A stretch of 64,000 nucleotides of DNA from Eledone cirrhosa (Eukaryota): assembly GCA_964016885.1 (NCBI GenBank), contig OZ024742.1, positions 255,750,001 through 255,814,000 on the forward strand, given 5' to 3'. Under the pieces are notes generated by a model. That model was not told where the DNA came from. It worked only from the letters and a program-made list of their open reading frames with translations, and searched no databases. The position numbers were made by a program, and so were the translations under genes. This document shows, in pieces, positions 11,990 to 25,269 of the stretch. Position 1 is the stretch's first letter; each line of letters begins with the position of its first letter.

Positions 11990-13630
11990 GCTGACCAAAC
12001 TCGACCTTGATGTCTCCATGAAGAATATTCCGATCCCTTCAAGGAAACTTTACCTAAAATCACTCATCAGTGGTACAGACGAGTTCAAGCGAACTAGATG
12101 GAGAGCCTTCTTCCTCGACAACCCTGATGTAGCATCTACCAATGATGAGAAGTTAGGCTTCAAAACGAATAAGGCACCACCCACCAACAGCCTACTTGAA
12201 CCTTTTGAGGAAGACCTTTTCAAGATGGTCTAAGATATCAAATTTCGTAGAGCCAACACAACATTCCAGGCCTACTTAAATACTGAAATGCGGAATATAA
12301 AAAATTCCCCCAATCTCCATGTCTCCTCCGATAAAACCAAAAACGTTTATGAGGTAGACTCACCGACCTATAATAAACTGGCAAAAAATGCCATCACGAC
12401 CACCTACAAAAAGGTGAACGAGATGGCATTGACGTAGACCAATGCGGCCGGAAAAGAAATTGCCATGTCCCTTAAACTACACGACCGAACAGAACCTTTA
12501 AGAGTAAAGACCCTGCACTTTATCCTGAAGGACCACAAGGGAATCTTCCTCAATAAACCATCAGTCAGCCTTATCAACCCCACATGTTCGGACATCGGCT
12601 CCAATAGCAAAAATATTCTCGATAGAGTTCTACCATCACTGCGGCTGCTTCACCACTCCCACTCTGGAGCAGAACATCCGAGGCAATCTCTTGGTTCCAA
12701 TAATTGCCCGACAAACGCCACACTCGCTTCCCGCAACTCAACATAGAAGACTAATATGCTTCTATCTCAGAGCCCCTACTGAAGGACACACTTGCTTTTT
12801 GCCAGGAATTTTATCACCATAACCGACGCTGAGCAAGATGTAATCCTTCAAGCCTGTAATACTTTTCTACACTACAAGGATCTTACTGGGTCATCAAGAA
12901 GTCTCATACCCCTTTTGACGTCAGCATTGGAGCGAGTGACTCGGCTGAAATAAGCGACATCGTAGGCCTGTACATCTTACATTACCTGAAGAATCTCTTC
13001 ACTAGCCTCAGCGGAGGATTATACCGAGACGACGGCCACTTCGCCTTGCACAAGGTTAACCCCAGAACCACTGAAGCGTTTTGAAGAAACTTAAGCTCGT
13101 TCTTCCGTAATCTAGGATTTAGAATAACCATCGAATCGAATATGACTAGGGCCAACTTTTTAGATGTCACTCTCGACCTAGGTACTTCCCTCTATTACCA
13201 CAAACCTAAAGAGTACCATAGATATATTAAGGTTAATTCTAACCACACCAAAAACATCACTGATAAAAAAAAGCGTCTCAATTAGAATCTGCGGCCTCTC
13301 GGTCAATGAAGATATATTTAACGCCTCTGCCTCCTACTACAATGACACCCTCGCCCGCAGCGGATTTAAAGAAAAGATCTCTTACCTAGCAACCACCCCA
13401 AGACTACCTAGGAGGAATAGGCATAGGCGGATTAGTTGGTACAACTCCCCCTTCAATAGAGACGTCTCTATACCTATAGCTAGGACTTTCTTCATTTTGC
13501 TGAAAACACACTTCCCCATACAATATAGGTACTACATCATCTTCAATAAAAATACAATAAGACTCTCCTACTTCACTACACCTAACATAGCTAGGAATAT
13601 AGACAATCTCAATTCTAAACAATTAAATAA
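11990..13630 (+). pseudogene. PLE reverse transcriptase, with frameshifts and stops; GIY-YIG missing
   Basis: ORFs 12018-12233, 12465-12746 and 13497-13700, plus YRDD at about 13020-13032. Confidence 0.85.
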
Positions 13631-14172
13631 GCCTACTACCTACGGGACTAGAGCTGTTTTATTCGTGAGAAATCATCAGGAAGCTGACTGTTTAGGTTAA
13701 TGTGGTGGTATTAATATATTTTCTGGTGGTAGGAGATGGTGCGGATTGGGATGGATGGAGGTCAATGGTTGATGGATTTAAAGAAAAGGGAGTTCATTAA
13801 AAGCTAATTCTGTAAAGCTATAATTTATATTAACAAAGGCAGAAAGAATACTGTAAACAGGTTCAAATTGGAATAACAATCCTTGTTTATCTCTTAAACT
13901 AACAATGCCTGTAAGTCAGGTGTCTACAGGATGGGTGGCGTTCATTAGTTTAAAGAAAACGGAAATTCTTTAGAAGCTAATCCTTTAAGGCTGAAATAAG
14001 GGTGTCAAAAGCAGAAAGGGTTCTATAAACATTTTCAAGTGTTGGGGTGCTTCCCCTTATTGTAAAGATTCTCTTAATTTATATTCCAGGTGTCAACACG
14101 CCCACTTACACACGTACACACACACGCATACACAGGCAGGCACACACACAACGAACATACATATAAATACAT

Positions 14173-14215
<43 letters not shown>

Positions 14216-14398
14216 CACACATACATACACCTACATACACACACATTTATATATATACACATACATACATACATATATACACACACACATATATATATAC
14301 ATACACGTACACACATACATATATATACGTACATATAGACACATACACATATATAAACATACACACACACATATATATATACGTACGCCCACATGCAT

Positions 14399-14441
<43 letters not shown>

Positions 14442-14819
14442 TAAAATATAGAAATTATTGTTACACGCGGTGACAGCTAGCAGGCTAATGTGAAAAGAGA
14501 CAGACAAACATGTAGCGTATTATCTTGATAAAGATAGGAAGCATTTTGTACATACACGGCTAAAGTGGTTTAACTCCTACCTCCATGATTGAAGTGAATG
14601 TGATTGCTATGTATGTGCTGACACCTTTAGCTACAGACGTAAAATTTTGTAAAAACACGAAATTAGTAGCCATCCGCTGTTTAGCGCAATAGTTAACATA
14701 CTCCTATGTGATCCGGAAGATACGGGGTTAGATTCGTCACAAACGTGTCTGTCGAGCCATAATTTATGCGATTTTCTAAACTGTTATATATAATAATCGG
14801 CTATTATTATGTTTATTTA

Positions 14820-15008
14820 GGCGGTGGATTGGCAGTATCGGTAGAGGGTCGGACGCCATGCTTTCCAGCATAGTTACGTCCCTTTACGATCTGAGTTCAA
14901 ATCCCGCCGAGGTTGACTTTGCCTTTCATCCTTACGGGGTCGATAAAATAAAGTACCAGTAATGCACTGGGTAATTGCTGGCCTTGTGCCTAAAGTAGAA
15001 ACAATTAT
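14820..15008 (+). mobile_element. tRNA-derived SINE (Meta/MESC-like core), near full length, 14-bp TSD
   Basis: A-box-like tggcagtatcggt, B-box gagttcaaatcc, core gcctttcatccttacggggtcgataaaataaagtaccag; attatgtttattta at 14806-14819 and 15004-15017. Confidence 0.9.
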
Positions 15009-15529
15009 GTTTATTTACGTTGGGACAACTACATTTAAAATTTACATTCTCTGTATATATTTTGTTAACTATTTTGTCTTTGGTTCGTTTTCTTTGCCTT
15101 CTATATTATACTTAATTATCATTTTCTTCTATATTTTTAAAAAATACTTATTTCTTGGACGTTATTTTGTATCATGTTCGCCTTATTCTTCTATAATAAT
15201 TATCTGTTCCTACATGTCTTCTCTATCTTCAAGCAAACTAACTCTGCTTCAATAATTTCACATCGGTTATTATTGATTATTATAGATACTCCAGAAAAAG
15301 GTTCTCCGTGCATTCCTTTCCTTTTAGCTTCGATAGTGAATATACTTGTCACTGTGATTATGATTGTGATTGTGATTGTTCCCAAGAATCAATGCATTAC
15401 TAATAATCAAACAACGATAAGAAAGAGAAAAAAATAATAACAGTATAGATAATAATAATAATAATTGTAATAACAACAATAAAATAAAAATATATTCTCC
15501 TCTATACATACGTACACACACAGACACAC

Positions 15530-15562
<33 letters not shown>

Positions 15563-17145
15563 CGCATATATATAAGTATATGTACCCATATCAATCTCTC
15601 TCAATATTTCTCTCTCTACACACATATAAACATACATACATACACTTACACACATATATTTGCAATAACAGTGAGTGCTCTTCTAAAATGAACGATACCA
15701 GTATTACTTTGCTATTGTTTGAAATGTTCTCAATGAGAAATTAGCAAGGAATCAACATAAAAGCATGGAGTGCACTCTTCTTCAGGCGCAGTTTTAAACA
15801 TTACGTTTCACAGCGCACAACAGGTCAACAATTGTGTTGTACTCACTGCACTCTGCTATGCTCTTCCAGTTCAATGACAAAATTATTTAATAACCGCCTT
15901 ACCATTGGTGTAATAGCAAGGATAATCGGTTGTGAGTTGGATTATCAGTGATTCGCTGTATACTTGAGTAAGTTTCTCAAATCCACTCAACGGGAAATAT
16001 TTATACATGTAATTTAAAGACACAGTAATCTAAAACCATGTGTCACGCGGAATCACGCTGAGAAGTATCATATGAAAACAAGTGTATGTAGAATACTCAA
16101 CCTCTTGCTCGTTAATTCCATGAGGTGGCTGTTTCCTTGATCGAATCATCTAGAATTATACCTTGTATTGTCACTTCACCATATTGCATGCAGATTGGGG
16201 AGACTAACAACATTCCCTATCAAACTTTGTGATCAATCAAATTGAATCTTAATCTGAGAGATGATCTCCGTGAAAACGAGTAACTTTTCAAACCCTGGCT
16301 AGAACTGAGACAGCTATAGCAAAGCTATATTTCCCTTCAAATCACTCTTCTTTTAAAAACAATGAAATTGTGAAACGGAGCATTTCACCTCACGAGACAA
16401 ACTCTACACACTTCACTGAATGTCTTAGCTGTGCCCAGTAGACATGAAGGTGAAAGCATTGTCGTGGAGAACAGCGAGTGACACGCACTGCATCACACAT
16501 TACACCTCAGGGAATATAGTTTATACCTTTGTCTAGACGAGACATCTCAGCTGATTACAGCGGTAAAGATCGCAAAAGCAATGACGTGGAGTACAACAAG
16601 TTATACCATTAATTATATCCATGTGAAGAATGTAACGTCCTTCTTTCCAAGAAAGATTGCGTAGTGCATTTTCGACATAGTGACAACGTGTTAGTTGAGA
16701 AACGCTGGACAGATTATACCAACAAAGCAAAGTGGCAGGAGACACAAATCAAACAAGAGCAAGATGGCTGCATAACATCTACAAACTCAGGTGATCTCGC
16801 TTGGGGAGTGAGCCGGATTAACTTGAGACGGTTGCTTCTAATAAGATACCCCTGAAGACGTGATTGAGGACTCTGAAGCCTTGACTCTCGAAAGAATAAG
16901 TGAGTACAGGAACAAAATGATACGAGTAATATATATATATTTAATTACATAATAAAAACAATATAATTATTCCATTACAAAAGGTTTCAGGAGACTAGAC
17001 GATCTTTACAGAAACGTTCAGCATGTTCATCACATGAAATAGTCATTATATAATCAAATTGCTCTGTTTATACATAAAGCACTCTTCTTGTCTTTACCTT
17101 TTCTACGGAAATACTTAACACACACATATACATACATACGTATAT

Positions 17146-17180
<35 letters not shown>

Positions 17181-17399
17181 CATATAATGTGTGCGTGGGG
17201 GATTATGGGTGTGTGTATGTGGTTGTGTGGGCATGTATATGTGCATACATATAAAAATGTTTTATTACATTTTATAATACACATGTTCCATGATTGAGTC
17301 TAATGTTCTCGCTATAATTCTCAGTACGGCCATCTTAGGGTATTTATTATAAAATTCACCTACGACGTCGGTACACAAATTTGGCGGCAAAATGGAAAG

Positions 17400-17540
17400 A
17401 AAACCAACTAGTTAGAGCTTCCGAAAAGATTATGTGTGTTACTCATCCAGCGTCTTCGCGTTCTGAGATAAAATCCGACCCGCTTTGACTTTAATCCTTT
17501 CGAAATCGAGAAATAAAGTACGAGTCGATTACTGATATCG
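17400..17540 (+). mobile_element. Old, diverged SINE copy
   Basis: gttctgagataaaatcc...ctttgactttaatcctttcgaaatcgagaaataaagtacgagt resembles the SINE core. Confidence 0.5.
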
Positions 17541-17889
17541 ACTTTACATCTACATCTCTTTCTCATTTGCTTACTCTCTACTTTCTAGAAAAATTTGGCT
17601 TTGATAAAATCTTGGCCCTTGTAAAATAATTAATGTGACAGCATGAATGTCAATGGTATTCGAATAAGTTGTTAGACGATACTTAATATATTTTGTATTT
17701 TGCATAGTTTTTTTAAACCATCTATAAAGTGATAGTGTTTCCATTCATTTATGTCATTGAGTAAATTAGGATTTTTGGTAGAAGTATGGCGATCGCCAGA
17801 TTTAGATCCTCAGAAGACTTCGTGTATCTCTACAACACCCTTACGTTTCTATCAGGAGCTAAAGGATAATGGCATGACATACTTTCGTA

Positions 17890-18270
17890 TTATAACATAT
17901 CTGTCAAGCTATATCATATCACAGTAGACATATCATTTGATATAATTATAACATATCTGTCTCGATATATCATATCACATTTAACTATGTCATATTTGTC
18001 TAATCATATTATATCACAGTAGTTATATCATAGCTGTCTAGATACATCTGTTTACGTATATAATACCTGTCTATCTGTATCATATGTCTAGTCATATCAC
18101 AAATATCTATCTAACACCTGTGTAGCTATGTTATATCTCTATAGCTACATCATATCTGTCTAGCTATGTCATATCCACCTAGCTATATGATATATGTCTA
18201 GATATATCATATCTGTGTAGCTACATAAAATTGGTCTAGCTATATCATATCTGTCAAGCTATGTGATATA
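17890..18270. repeat. Degenerate minisatellite (catatctgtctagctat-like), continuing at 18870-19110
   Basis: Repeated catatctgtc and tagctat motifs; interrupted by the TA-inserted elements at 18270-18870. Confidence 0.75.
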
Positions 18271-18312
18271 TATATGTATATATATATTCATGTGATATAT
18301 ATGTATGTATAT

Positions 18313-18611
18313 ATATTTATCCTTATCGAGCCCTCTTTGGATTTTAGTTTTCAATTGTATTATTATTACTATATATATATATATATAGTAATAATAATAC
18401 ATTTGAAGACTAAAATCCAAAGAGGGCTCGATAAGGATAAATATATATCAAATATATAAGAACCGTAGAGCAAATATTTATTAAAATAACAGATTAAAGT
18501 TTAATCAAAGAATCGGTGCTTTCACCCTTTAACGGGGTCTTCTGAAACTCTTTCAGAAGACCCCGTTAAAGGTTGAAAGCAGCGATTCTTTGCTTAAACT
18601 TTAATCTGTTA

Positions 18612-18618
<7 letters not shown>
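18313..18618. mobile_element. TA-inserted repeat with two fold-back arms and an HHR-like motif
   Basis: 18313-18371 mirrors 18387-18445; 18479-18547 mirrors 18551-18618; homologous to 1740-1925. Confidence 0.8.
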
Positions 18619-18672
<54 letters not shown>

Positions 18673-18674
<2 letters not shown>

Positions 18675-18853
18675 AAGTTCAGTAGAATCGAAGCTCTGGC
18701 TGCAATCGGAATGTGCAGCTAAACACTCGAAAAGGTATTTTACCTTAGAGTAATGACATTACGTTTAGACAGCTTGACAAATTGAAGATTGCGACTGGTA
18801 AACCAGCCGCAAGGTCCAAAGCAACGAGAAAACCAACTCAGGATAATTTGACT
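18673..18853 (+). mobile_element. Short TA-inserted structured repeat, homologous to 52370-52553
   Basis: Shared blocks cgaagctct, aacactc...agagta, acatta.gtt.agacagctt..caaatt, agcaacgag. Confidence 0.65.
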
Positions 18854-19631
18854 ATATATATATATATATCATATATGTCTAATCATATTATATCCCTCTA
18901 GTCATATCAGATCACCATAACTGTTTAATATTATCCATGTCCTATCAACATAGCTATAACACATCTGTCTAGATTTGTCATATCTGTCTAGTTATATTTT
19001 ATGTTATAGCTATGTCATGTGTGTCTAATCTTATAATATATGTTTAGGTATATAACATCTCTGTAGCTATGTCATATCTGTCTACTTATATCGTATCTGC
19101 CAGACTACTAAATACATGTGTCTTTTTCTTTATAATTTAACTTTGTGATAAATGCCAGAGAGACAAACTACCTTCCATAACGATAATTATTCTTCCTCAC
19201 ATTCCCATTAAACAATACGATATATATACATGCTCAGTAGATTTCTAAGAATAAATTTCCATATTAAATAACCAAGAACTTTGAATTAACATTAACGACC
19301 CTTATTAACACACGTTGTCAAAGAATAATAACGTTTGTAATAGTTTTGAAGAATATAGCATTTATATTGCAAAGTATTCAGTTCCATAAATGCAGAGACG
19401 GATGGCTAGAAATTGGGAAAATGATGGCACCAACCAATTGTACTGGTCGTCTGCAAAGTTAAGATATTTTCTGTATTATATTATACCGCATCACAGTATG
19501 TAGTTTCGACTTTCTCACACTCTTCTCCCTTTGCTTCTCTCGATAGATTGTTACATACGCAGGCATACAGATATATAGAAACACACTCAGACACACACAC
19601 TGACGCATGCACGTAGACACAGACACACACA

Positions 19632-19727
<96 letters not shown>

Positions 19728-19909
19728 GAGAGAGAGAATTAATACATTTACCAACATATGTGTACAGATGTTCACCTATGCTAGCAAATATATATGTTAT
19801 GTCTTAGTACCTTTGTGGTTCTATGCAGGGGGATGCAGAACAATTATATGAAAGCCGTAAAATAAGAAAATTTTAAAAATAAAAAATCAACTTAATTACT
19901 AAAATTTTC

Positions 19910-19991
19910 ACTCCAACTAATTAGTTTCTGTAAGGGGATAAATATAGTTACATAATATAACTATAGAGAATTCCTTACGTCATCAGGGAGT
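19910..19991 (-). ncRNA. Type I hammerhead ribozyme motif
   Basis: Reverse complement of 20945-21026. Confidence 0.85.
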
Positions 19992-20944
19992 CTATTCTCA
20001 GCTAAGTTCCCAGGCGATGCGCGGACACTAGTAACCCATATAAAAATAATAATAATTCAGTGGATGAAATAAAGCTAGCGAGGACTAAATTCCGGAGCAC
20101 TGAAAAAATTCACTGCCTCTGGTCAGTGGCAGATTCTAAAGAATCAATCACGTGACACTTAGGTTAATCAGTTAGGAGCGGGGTGGTATTATGACAAGAG
20201 TCTACTACTACCATGAATCAGCAGTAAATTTTGGCAAGTTTTGCTCAACAAATAATTTGGAGATAAATATAGAGAATTAGTACATTTACCAACATATGTG
20301 TACAGATGTTCACCTATGCTAGCAAATATATATGTTATGTCTTAGTACCTTTGTGGTTCTATGCAGGGGGATGCAGAACAATTATATGAAAGACGTAAAA
20401 TAAGAAAATTTTAAAAATTAAAAATCAACTTACTTACTAAAATTTATGTAACTATATTTATCCCCTTACAGAAACTAATTAGTTGGAGTGAAAATTTTAG
20501 TAAGTAAGTTGATTTATAATTTTTAAAATTTTCTTATTTTCCGTCTTTCATATAATTGTTCTGCATCCCCCTGCATAGAACCATAAAGGTACTAAGACAT
20601 AACATATATATTTGCTAGCATAGGTGAACATCTGTACACATATTTTGCTAAATGTACTAATTCTCTATATTTATCTCCAAATTATTTGTTGAGCAAAACT
20701 TGCCAAAATTTACTGCTGATTCATGGTAGTAGTAGACTCTTGTCATAATACCACCCCGCTCCTAACTGATTAACCTCAGTGTCACGTGATTGATTCTTTA
20801 GAATCTGCCACTGACAGAGGCAGTGAATTTTTTCAGTGCTCCGGAATTTAGTCCTCGCTTGCTTTATTCCATCCACTGAATTATTATTATTTTTATATGG
20901 GTTCCTAGTGTCCGCGCATCGCCTGAGAACTTAGCTGAGAATAG

Positions 20945-21026
20945 ACTCCCTGATGACGTAAGGAATTCTCTATAGTTATATTATGTAACTATATTTATCC
21001 CCTTACAGAAACTAATTAGTTGGAGT
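20945..21026 (+). ncRNA. Type I hammerhead ribozyme motif with extended stem II
   Basis: actcc-CTGATGA-c gtaagg...(atagttat attat gtaactat)...ccttac a-GAAA-ctaattag-TT-ggagt. Confidence 0.88.
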
Positions 21027-21082
21027 GAAAATTTTAGTAATTAAGTTGATTTTTTATTTTTAAAATTTTCTTATTTTACGTC

Positions 21083-21141
<59 letters not shown>

Positions 21142-21175
21142 TTACAATAATCAAAGTTCAGTTTAAGTCATTTAT

Positions 21176-21224
21176 TTGCTTACAATTGTTTCCTCCAAAC
21201 CGAGGTTTGGATTCTTCGGAGCAA
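21176..21224 (-). ncRNA. Type I hammerhead ribozyme motif (U4 to C core variant) at PLE 3' end
   Basis: Minus strand: ttgct-CCGAAGA-a tccaaacc tc ggtttgga g-GAAA-caattg-TA-agcaa. Confidence 0.8.
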
Positions 21225-23169
21225 CTATTTACTGATCTATAACATGAGTTTGTATCATGATGACCTCCTTTTCAACCCAAGAGACACATAAAACATATGC
21301 GCATATTGATCAACAGTGGGGTGACATTCATCAAATGATACAGCATGGCAATTTACATATAAAGGTTACAGGATAAAAATAAAATAAAAACAAGAATGAA
21401 AATAAAGATAAACATGAAGCGTTGGCAGTCTATGAAGATAAAGCAAGAGGAAAGTTTAGAGTAGTCAGTGTATGAAAGAGTCTCACGTGTAGCATGCACG
21501 ATTGTCTTATTTATACATGATTAGAGTGCGTCAGAATGATATTTGCAGGGTCAGGCAGTTGAAGCAGGCAATCGATCTTACTATGTGGGCTGGATTATTA
21601 AGTCATTTATTCTCATACATCTGTATGATATACAGTCTCGGATGCAGGGAAACACCAAAATATCAAAAACTTTCCACATACTATAAACCTTATTGTATCG
21701 TAGGCAAAGCCGTACCACTGTCTTCGCTCACACCACCAATCACATAATCCATGAGACGCAATATATATAGAGAACACTTGTCTATCGTATAATTCGCGGT
21801 GGTTCAGCATATAATCAAGCTATAAACCGTATCCAGTCGGTTCTTAATTAATGGATCATGCTGTCCAGATTCCGGAAGTGTCTGAATGACTAAGGGGAAT
21901 TAATGCGTAAGGGGAGGTAACTAGCTAGTTATCTTAGTTAAATTATTATCCTAAACTACATTAATGGTGATTCAAATACGTACCTATCATGTGAAGTTAT
22001 GACTAATTTCTAGAGTATGTTACCCATTTATAGGTTAGAGAGTTGTCCATTAAGAAGTACAAGGGTGTATATATAATAGGATGATTACCATCCATTAAGG
22101 GGTGTCATATCTGAACGTTCTATAAGAGGAGTCAGACTCTCAAGTCACTGTTCCATGCAAATGTAATATAACAGTAGGACCTGGTATGGTCCCACTATTA
22201 TATATGCCACCCGGTAGGCTCCGGGTCATTGCATGTCTGAATCTCCAGTAAATCTTCGGTATGGTCCGGAGATCCAATTTCTCATATAAAGGCACTAGTC
22301 TGGTCGTCAAGCAATAGACAACCCCCGTCTCATATATAAATCAATTAAGTATCACATCTACAAACCAGAGTGGAGTCTATTAATAGGTACTAAAGGAGTT
22401 CACATCAGGATGATTACAATCTGGAGATTAAATCTCTCATACCAGGGCACCTGTCTGGCCACCAAGCAATACATAAACCCACGTCCCACATACAGATCAG
22501 GTATCCCATCTACAAGTTAGAGTGGAGTCCGGTAACAAGTACTAAAGGAGTTCGTATCATGATGACTACAATCCAACATGGGGTGCCACACCCGGCCAAT
22601 CCATAAGAAGAGTCAGACTACATAATTAACTACACGGGTCTCACTATCAGTAATGATTTTATTATCATACATGACTCCCGGCGAGATTCAGGTCGTAGTA
22701 TGACTGCATCGCCGGTAAGTTCACCAGGGTGGTCCGGTGGCCGGTTCTTTCGTCAAAGGGTGCCGGTCAGGTCACCAGGCAACACAGATGCTCCTAACTC
22801 ATACATCTCCCGTGCATAATTCATTGAACTGATCGTTTACAGCATATATTCACATAACAATACGATTATCTATCTAATCATCAATCTATCTCTTGGTGGG
22901 AATCCATGCACAGGACTATGTTATCGCAACCAGTACCGTGTCCCCAGTTTATACTAATCATATATTTGTGCAATGCAGAATAAGTAGTCCACGGTCGAGA
23001 TATCAGAATTAGAGGTACAAGGGGGTATTCCCAGGGTAGGTGGTACTAAAATGCTGTCAGTATTATCTTTAGAGTATAGAAATGGGTGTGGATGTGAGGT
23101 GTAAGGTGTGCTACTGATGTTAATTGCTAGGGGTGGTGCCGGTTCCAGTCTGACATTATTATATATAGG

Positions 23170-24620
23170 GTTTAAAGTTTTGGAACGAGTGTCGGAAGCG
23201 GTGTTGGCAAGTTGCGAACACTTCTGATTTTTTATTAAGGAGATTATGTTTAGAGAAGATGATAGTGTGGGTCTCTAGTAGACAGAGGTTACAAAATTTA
23301 TTAGGTGGTTTGTACGATGTTGCACTACCTGCCACTTCCCATTTAAGTGTATATATTTTATTTTTAGTTTTTAGATGGTGTATGTAGCTAGATAGTGAAG
23401 TGTAGTTGGCTTGACTGTGTTTTTTGAAAGAGTGGAGGTGCGAATTGTATCTAGTTTTGAAGCAGTTAGAAGTGGAGCCTATATAGGTTTCAGAAGAGCT
23501 GTTAGTTGTGACTGTACATGAGTATATGATATCCTTGGTTAAGCATTTTTTATCTAAAGGGCAGGTTCTACTTGATCTACAGTTACAATTACTCTGGGTG
23601 CTAGTCTGCCGGTTACTATGCTGTGTAGAAGTTTGGATGTTAGCTATAGGGTTATGGTTATGTGGGTTGTGGTACGCAGCGTTAATGTTTACACTAGTGT
23701 TATTACTATTATTTCCATTGATATTACGGTTATTTGTTATAATGTTACTTTGACTGTTATTTTGAATGTTATTTTGAAGGTTTATCGACCGTTGTGATTT
23801 AGTTTGTTGGAAGTAAGAATTAATTTTTCTTTTATTTGTACTAGCTATGTGGTATGCTAAGTTAGGCGTAGTAGAGTATTAGATCTTAATAGTGTTTTTG
23901 TTTAAAAGGCCGTGGTACCTGTGGCCGGATGGGAAGTGTTTATCTAGTAGTGAGAAGAAAGCCCTAGGAAGGTTGGTAGAGACGTTTAAATTGAAAGGAG
24001 GGTTGAAAAATGTATTATTTCTTCTTCTATTTCTGTTTTTTATGTCCGGTGATTTGTTTCCTTTAATGTCCCTATGGTCATTTCTGTGGTGCGGGTTACT
24101 TTTGTTGTTACGATCCCTATTAGTGTGTGTGCAGTTGCTATTCCTATTATTAAATTTTCCCATGGACATGTTGTGTGAAATGATGTTGTAGCTATGTGTT
24201 TTTGTAGGTAGGAACTCTATCCCTGTATTATGGCCTGATCTAGCTAATGCTTGGTTATAATACTGCGAGTTATTGTTAAATGTGTTAATGTCATAGGATA
24301 GATTAGAGATTCTATTAGATACTCCCTTAGAGATAGAGTTCAATATAGATTTAGGGTGGTTAGACTTGGTATCTACGTAGATGAGTTTTTCATTAGGTTT
24401 GTGGAAAGGTGCATATATCATTGAGTCTAAGTAGAGTGTGGCGTCTAGGAAGTTGACGTTTTTGGTGTTTTTGTCCATGGTAATACTAAGGTTAAAGTTT
24501 TTGAATGTTTTGTGCAATAGTTTTCTAGTCCTTTCTATATTGAATTTTTTATAGTCTATAAGTAGAAGTGCATCGTCGCGATACAAACCACCGCTGAGGT
24601 ACGGAAGTTCCCTGTGGATT
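23170..24620 (-). pseudogene. PLE RT C-terminal half + GIY-YIG endonuclease
   Basis: Track ORF 23879-24586 plus downstream reading ...DIIYSCTVTTNSSSETYIGSTSNCFKTRYNSH; homologous to 55307-57030. Confidence 0.85.
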
Positions 24621-24635
24621 AGGTTAAGTAAGTAA

Positions 24636-24717
<82 letters not shown>

Positions 24718-24752
24718 TATATATATATATATATAAGTATATATATATATAA

Positions 24753-24828
<76 letters not shown>

Positions 24829-24921
24829 TATATATATATATATAAGTATATATATATGTAGTATATAGATATATATAAGTATATATATATATATATATAT
24901 ATAAGTATATATATATATAAG

Positions 24922-25029
<108 letters not shown>

Positions 25030-25269
25030 ATGTGGATAATCATATACAACTATAAATATGCATACACAGACACACACTCGGGCGAGCGTGCACACACGTA
25101 CACACACGCACACACATATATATATATATTTGTTTGTGTGTTCGTATATGTCTATCTCTTACTTTATTTTTACACTTCTCTCTCTGCCTTTTCTCTCTTT
25201 TTATATCTATATACATACACACAAAAATAGAGACACACACAAACACACACATGTATATACAAATATATA

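Larger units (their letters stand above)
11060..14390 (+). mobile_element. Penelope-like element (Hydra-clade-like), pLTR + decayed RT, closed by an inverted pLTR copy
   Basis: RT fragments: SMKNIPIPS, RWRAFF, LKDHK..F..KPSVSLINP..SDIG, FDVSIGASDSAEI, GGLYRDDG, NFLDVTLDL, WYNSPF; about 11060-11832 is mirrored by 13661-14390. Confidence 0.85.
19743..21088. mobile_element. Retrozyme-like non-coding element: 1.3 monomers (-) joined to 1.2 monomers (+), monomer about 538 bp
   Basis: tacatttaccaacatatgtg at 19743 and 20281; 20446-21088 is a near-identical inverted copy; HHR in each arm; ends in (TA)n; diverged copy at 52669-53266. Confidence 0.85.
21140..24637 (-). mobile_element. 5'-truncated Hydra-clade-like PLE with long 3' UTR, flanked by (TA)n on both sides
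   Basis: ORF 23879-24586 (YRDDAL, NFLDATL, SNHP, FNPPF); downstream CNCRSSRTCP and YIGS (about 23480-23590); HHR at the 3' end. Confidence 0.88.

Noticed and set aside
11990-13630. Selenocysteine-recoding (Naiad-like) PLE
   Set aside because: Disruptions include frameshifts and TAA/TAG stops, and related elements here have a C-terminal endonuclease; ordinary decay explains it.
14820-14915. tRNA gene
   Set aside because: The A and B boxes belong to a multi-copy SINE head; there is no complete cloverleaf.
16360-16750. LHDNA and ILHMDII motifs suggesting an integrase or mariner remnant
   Set aside because: Too short and ambiguous to assign.
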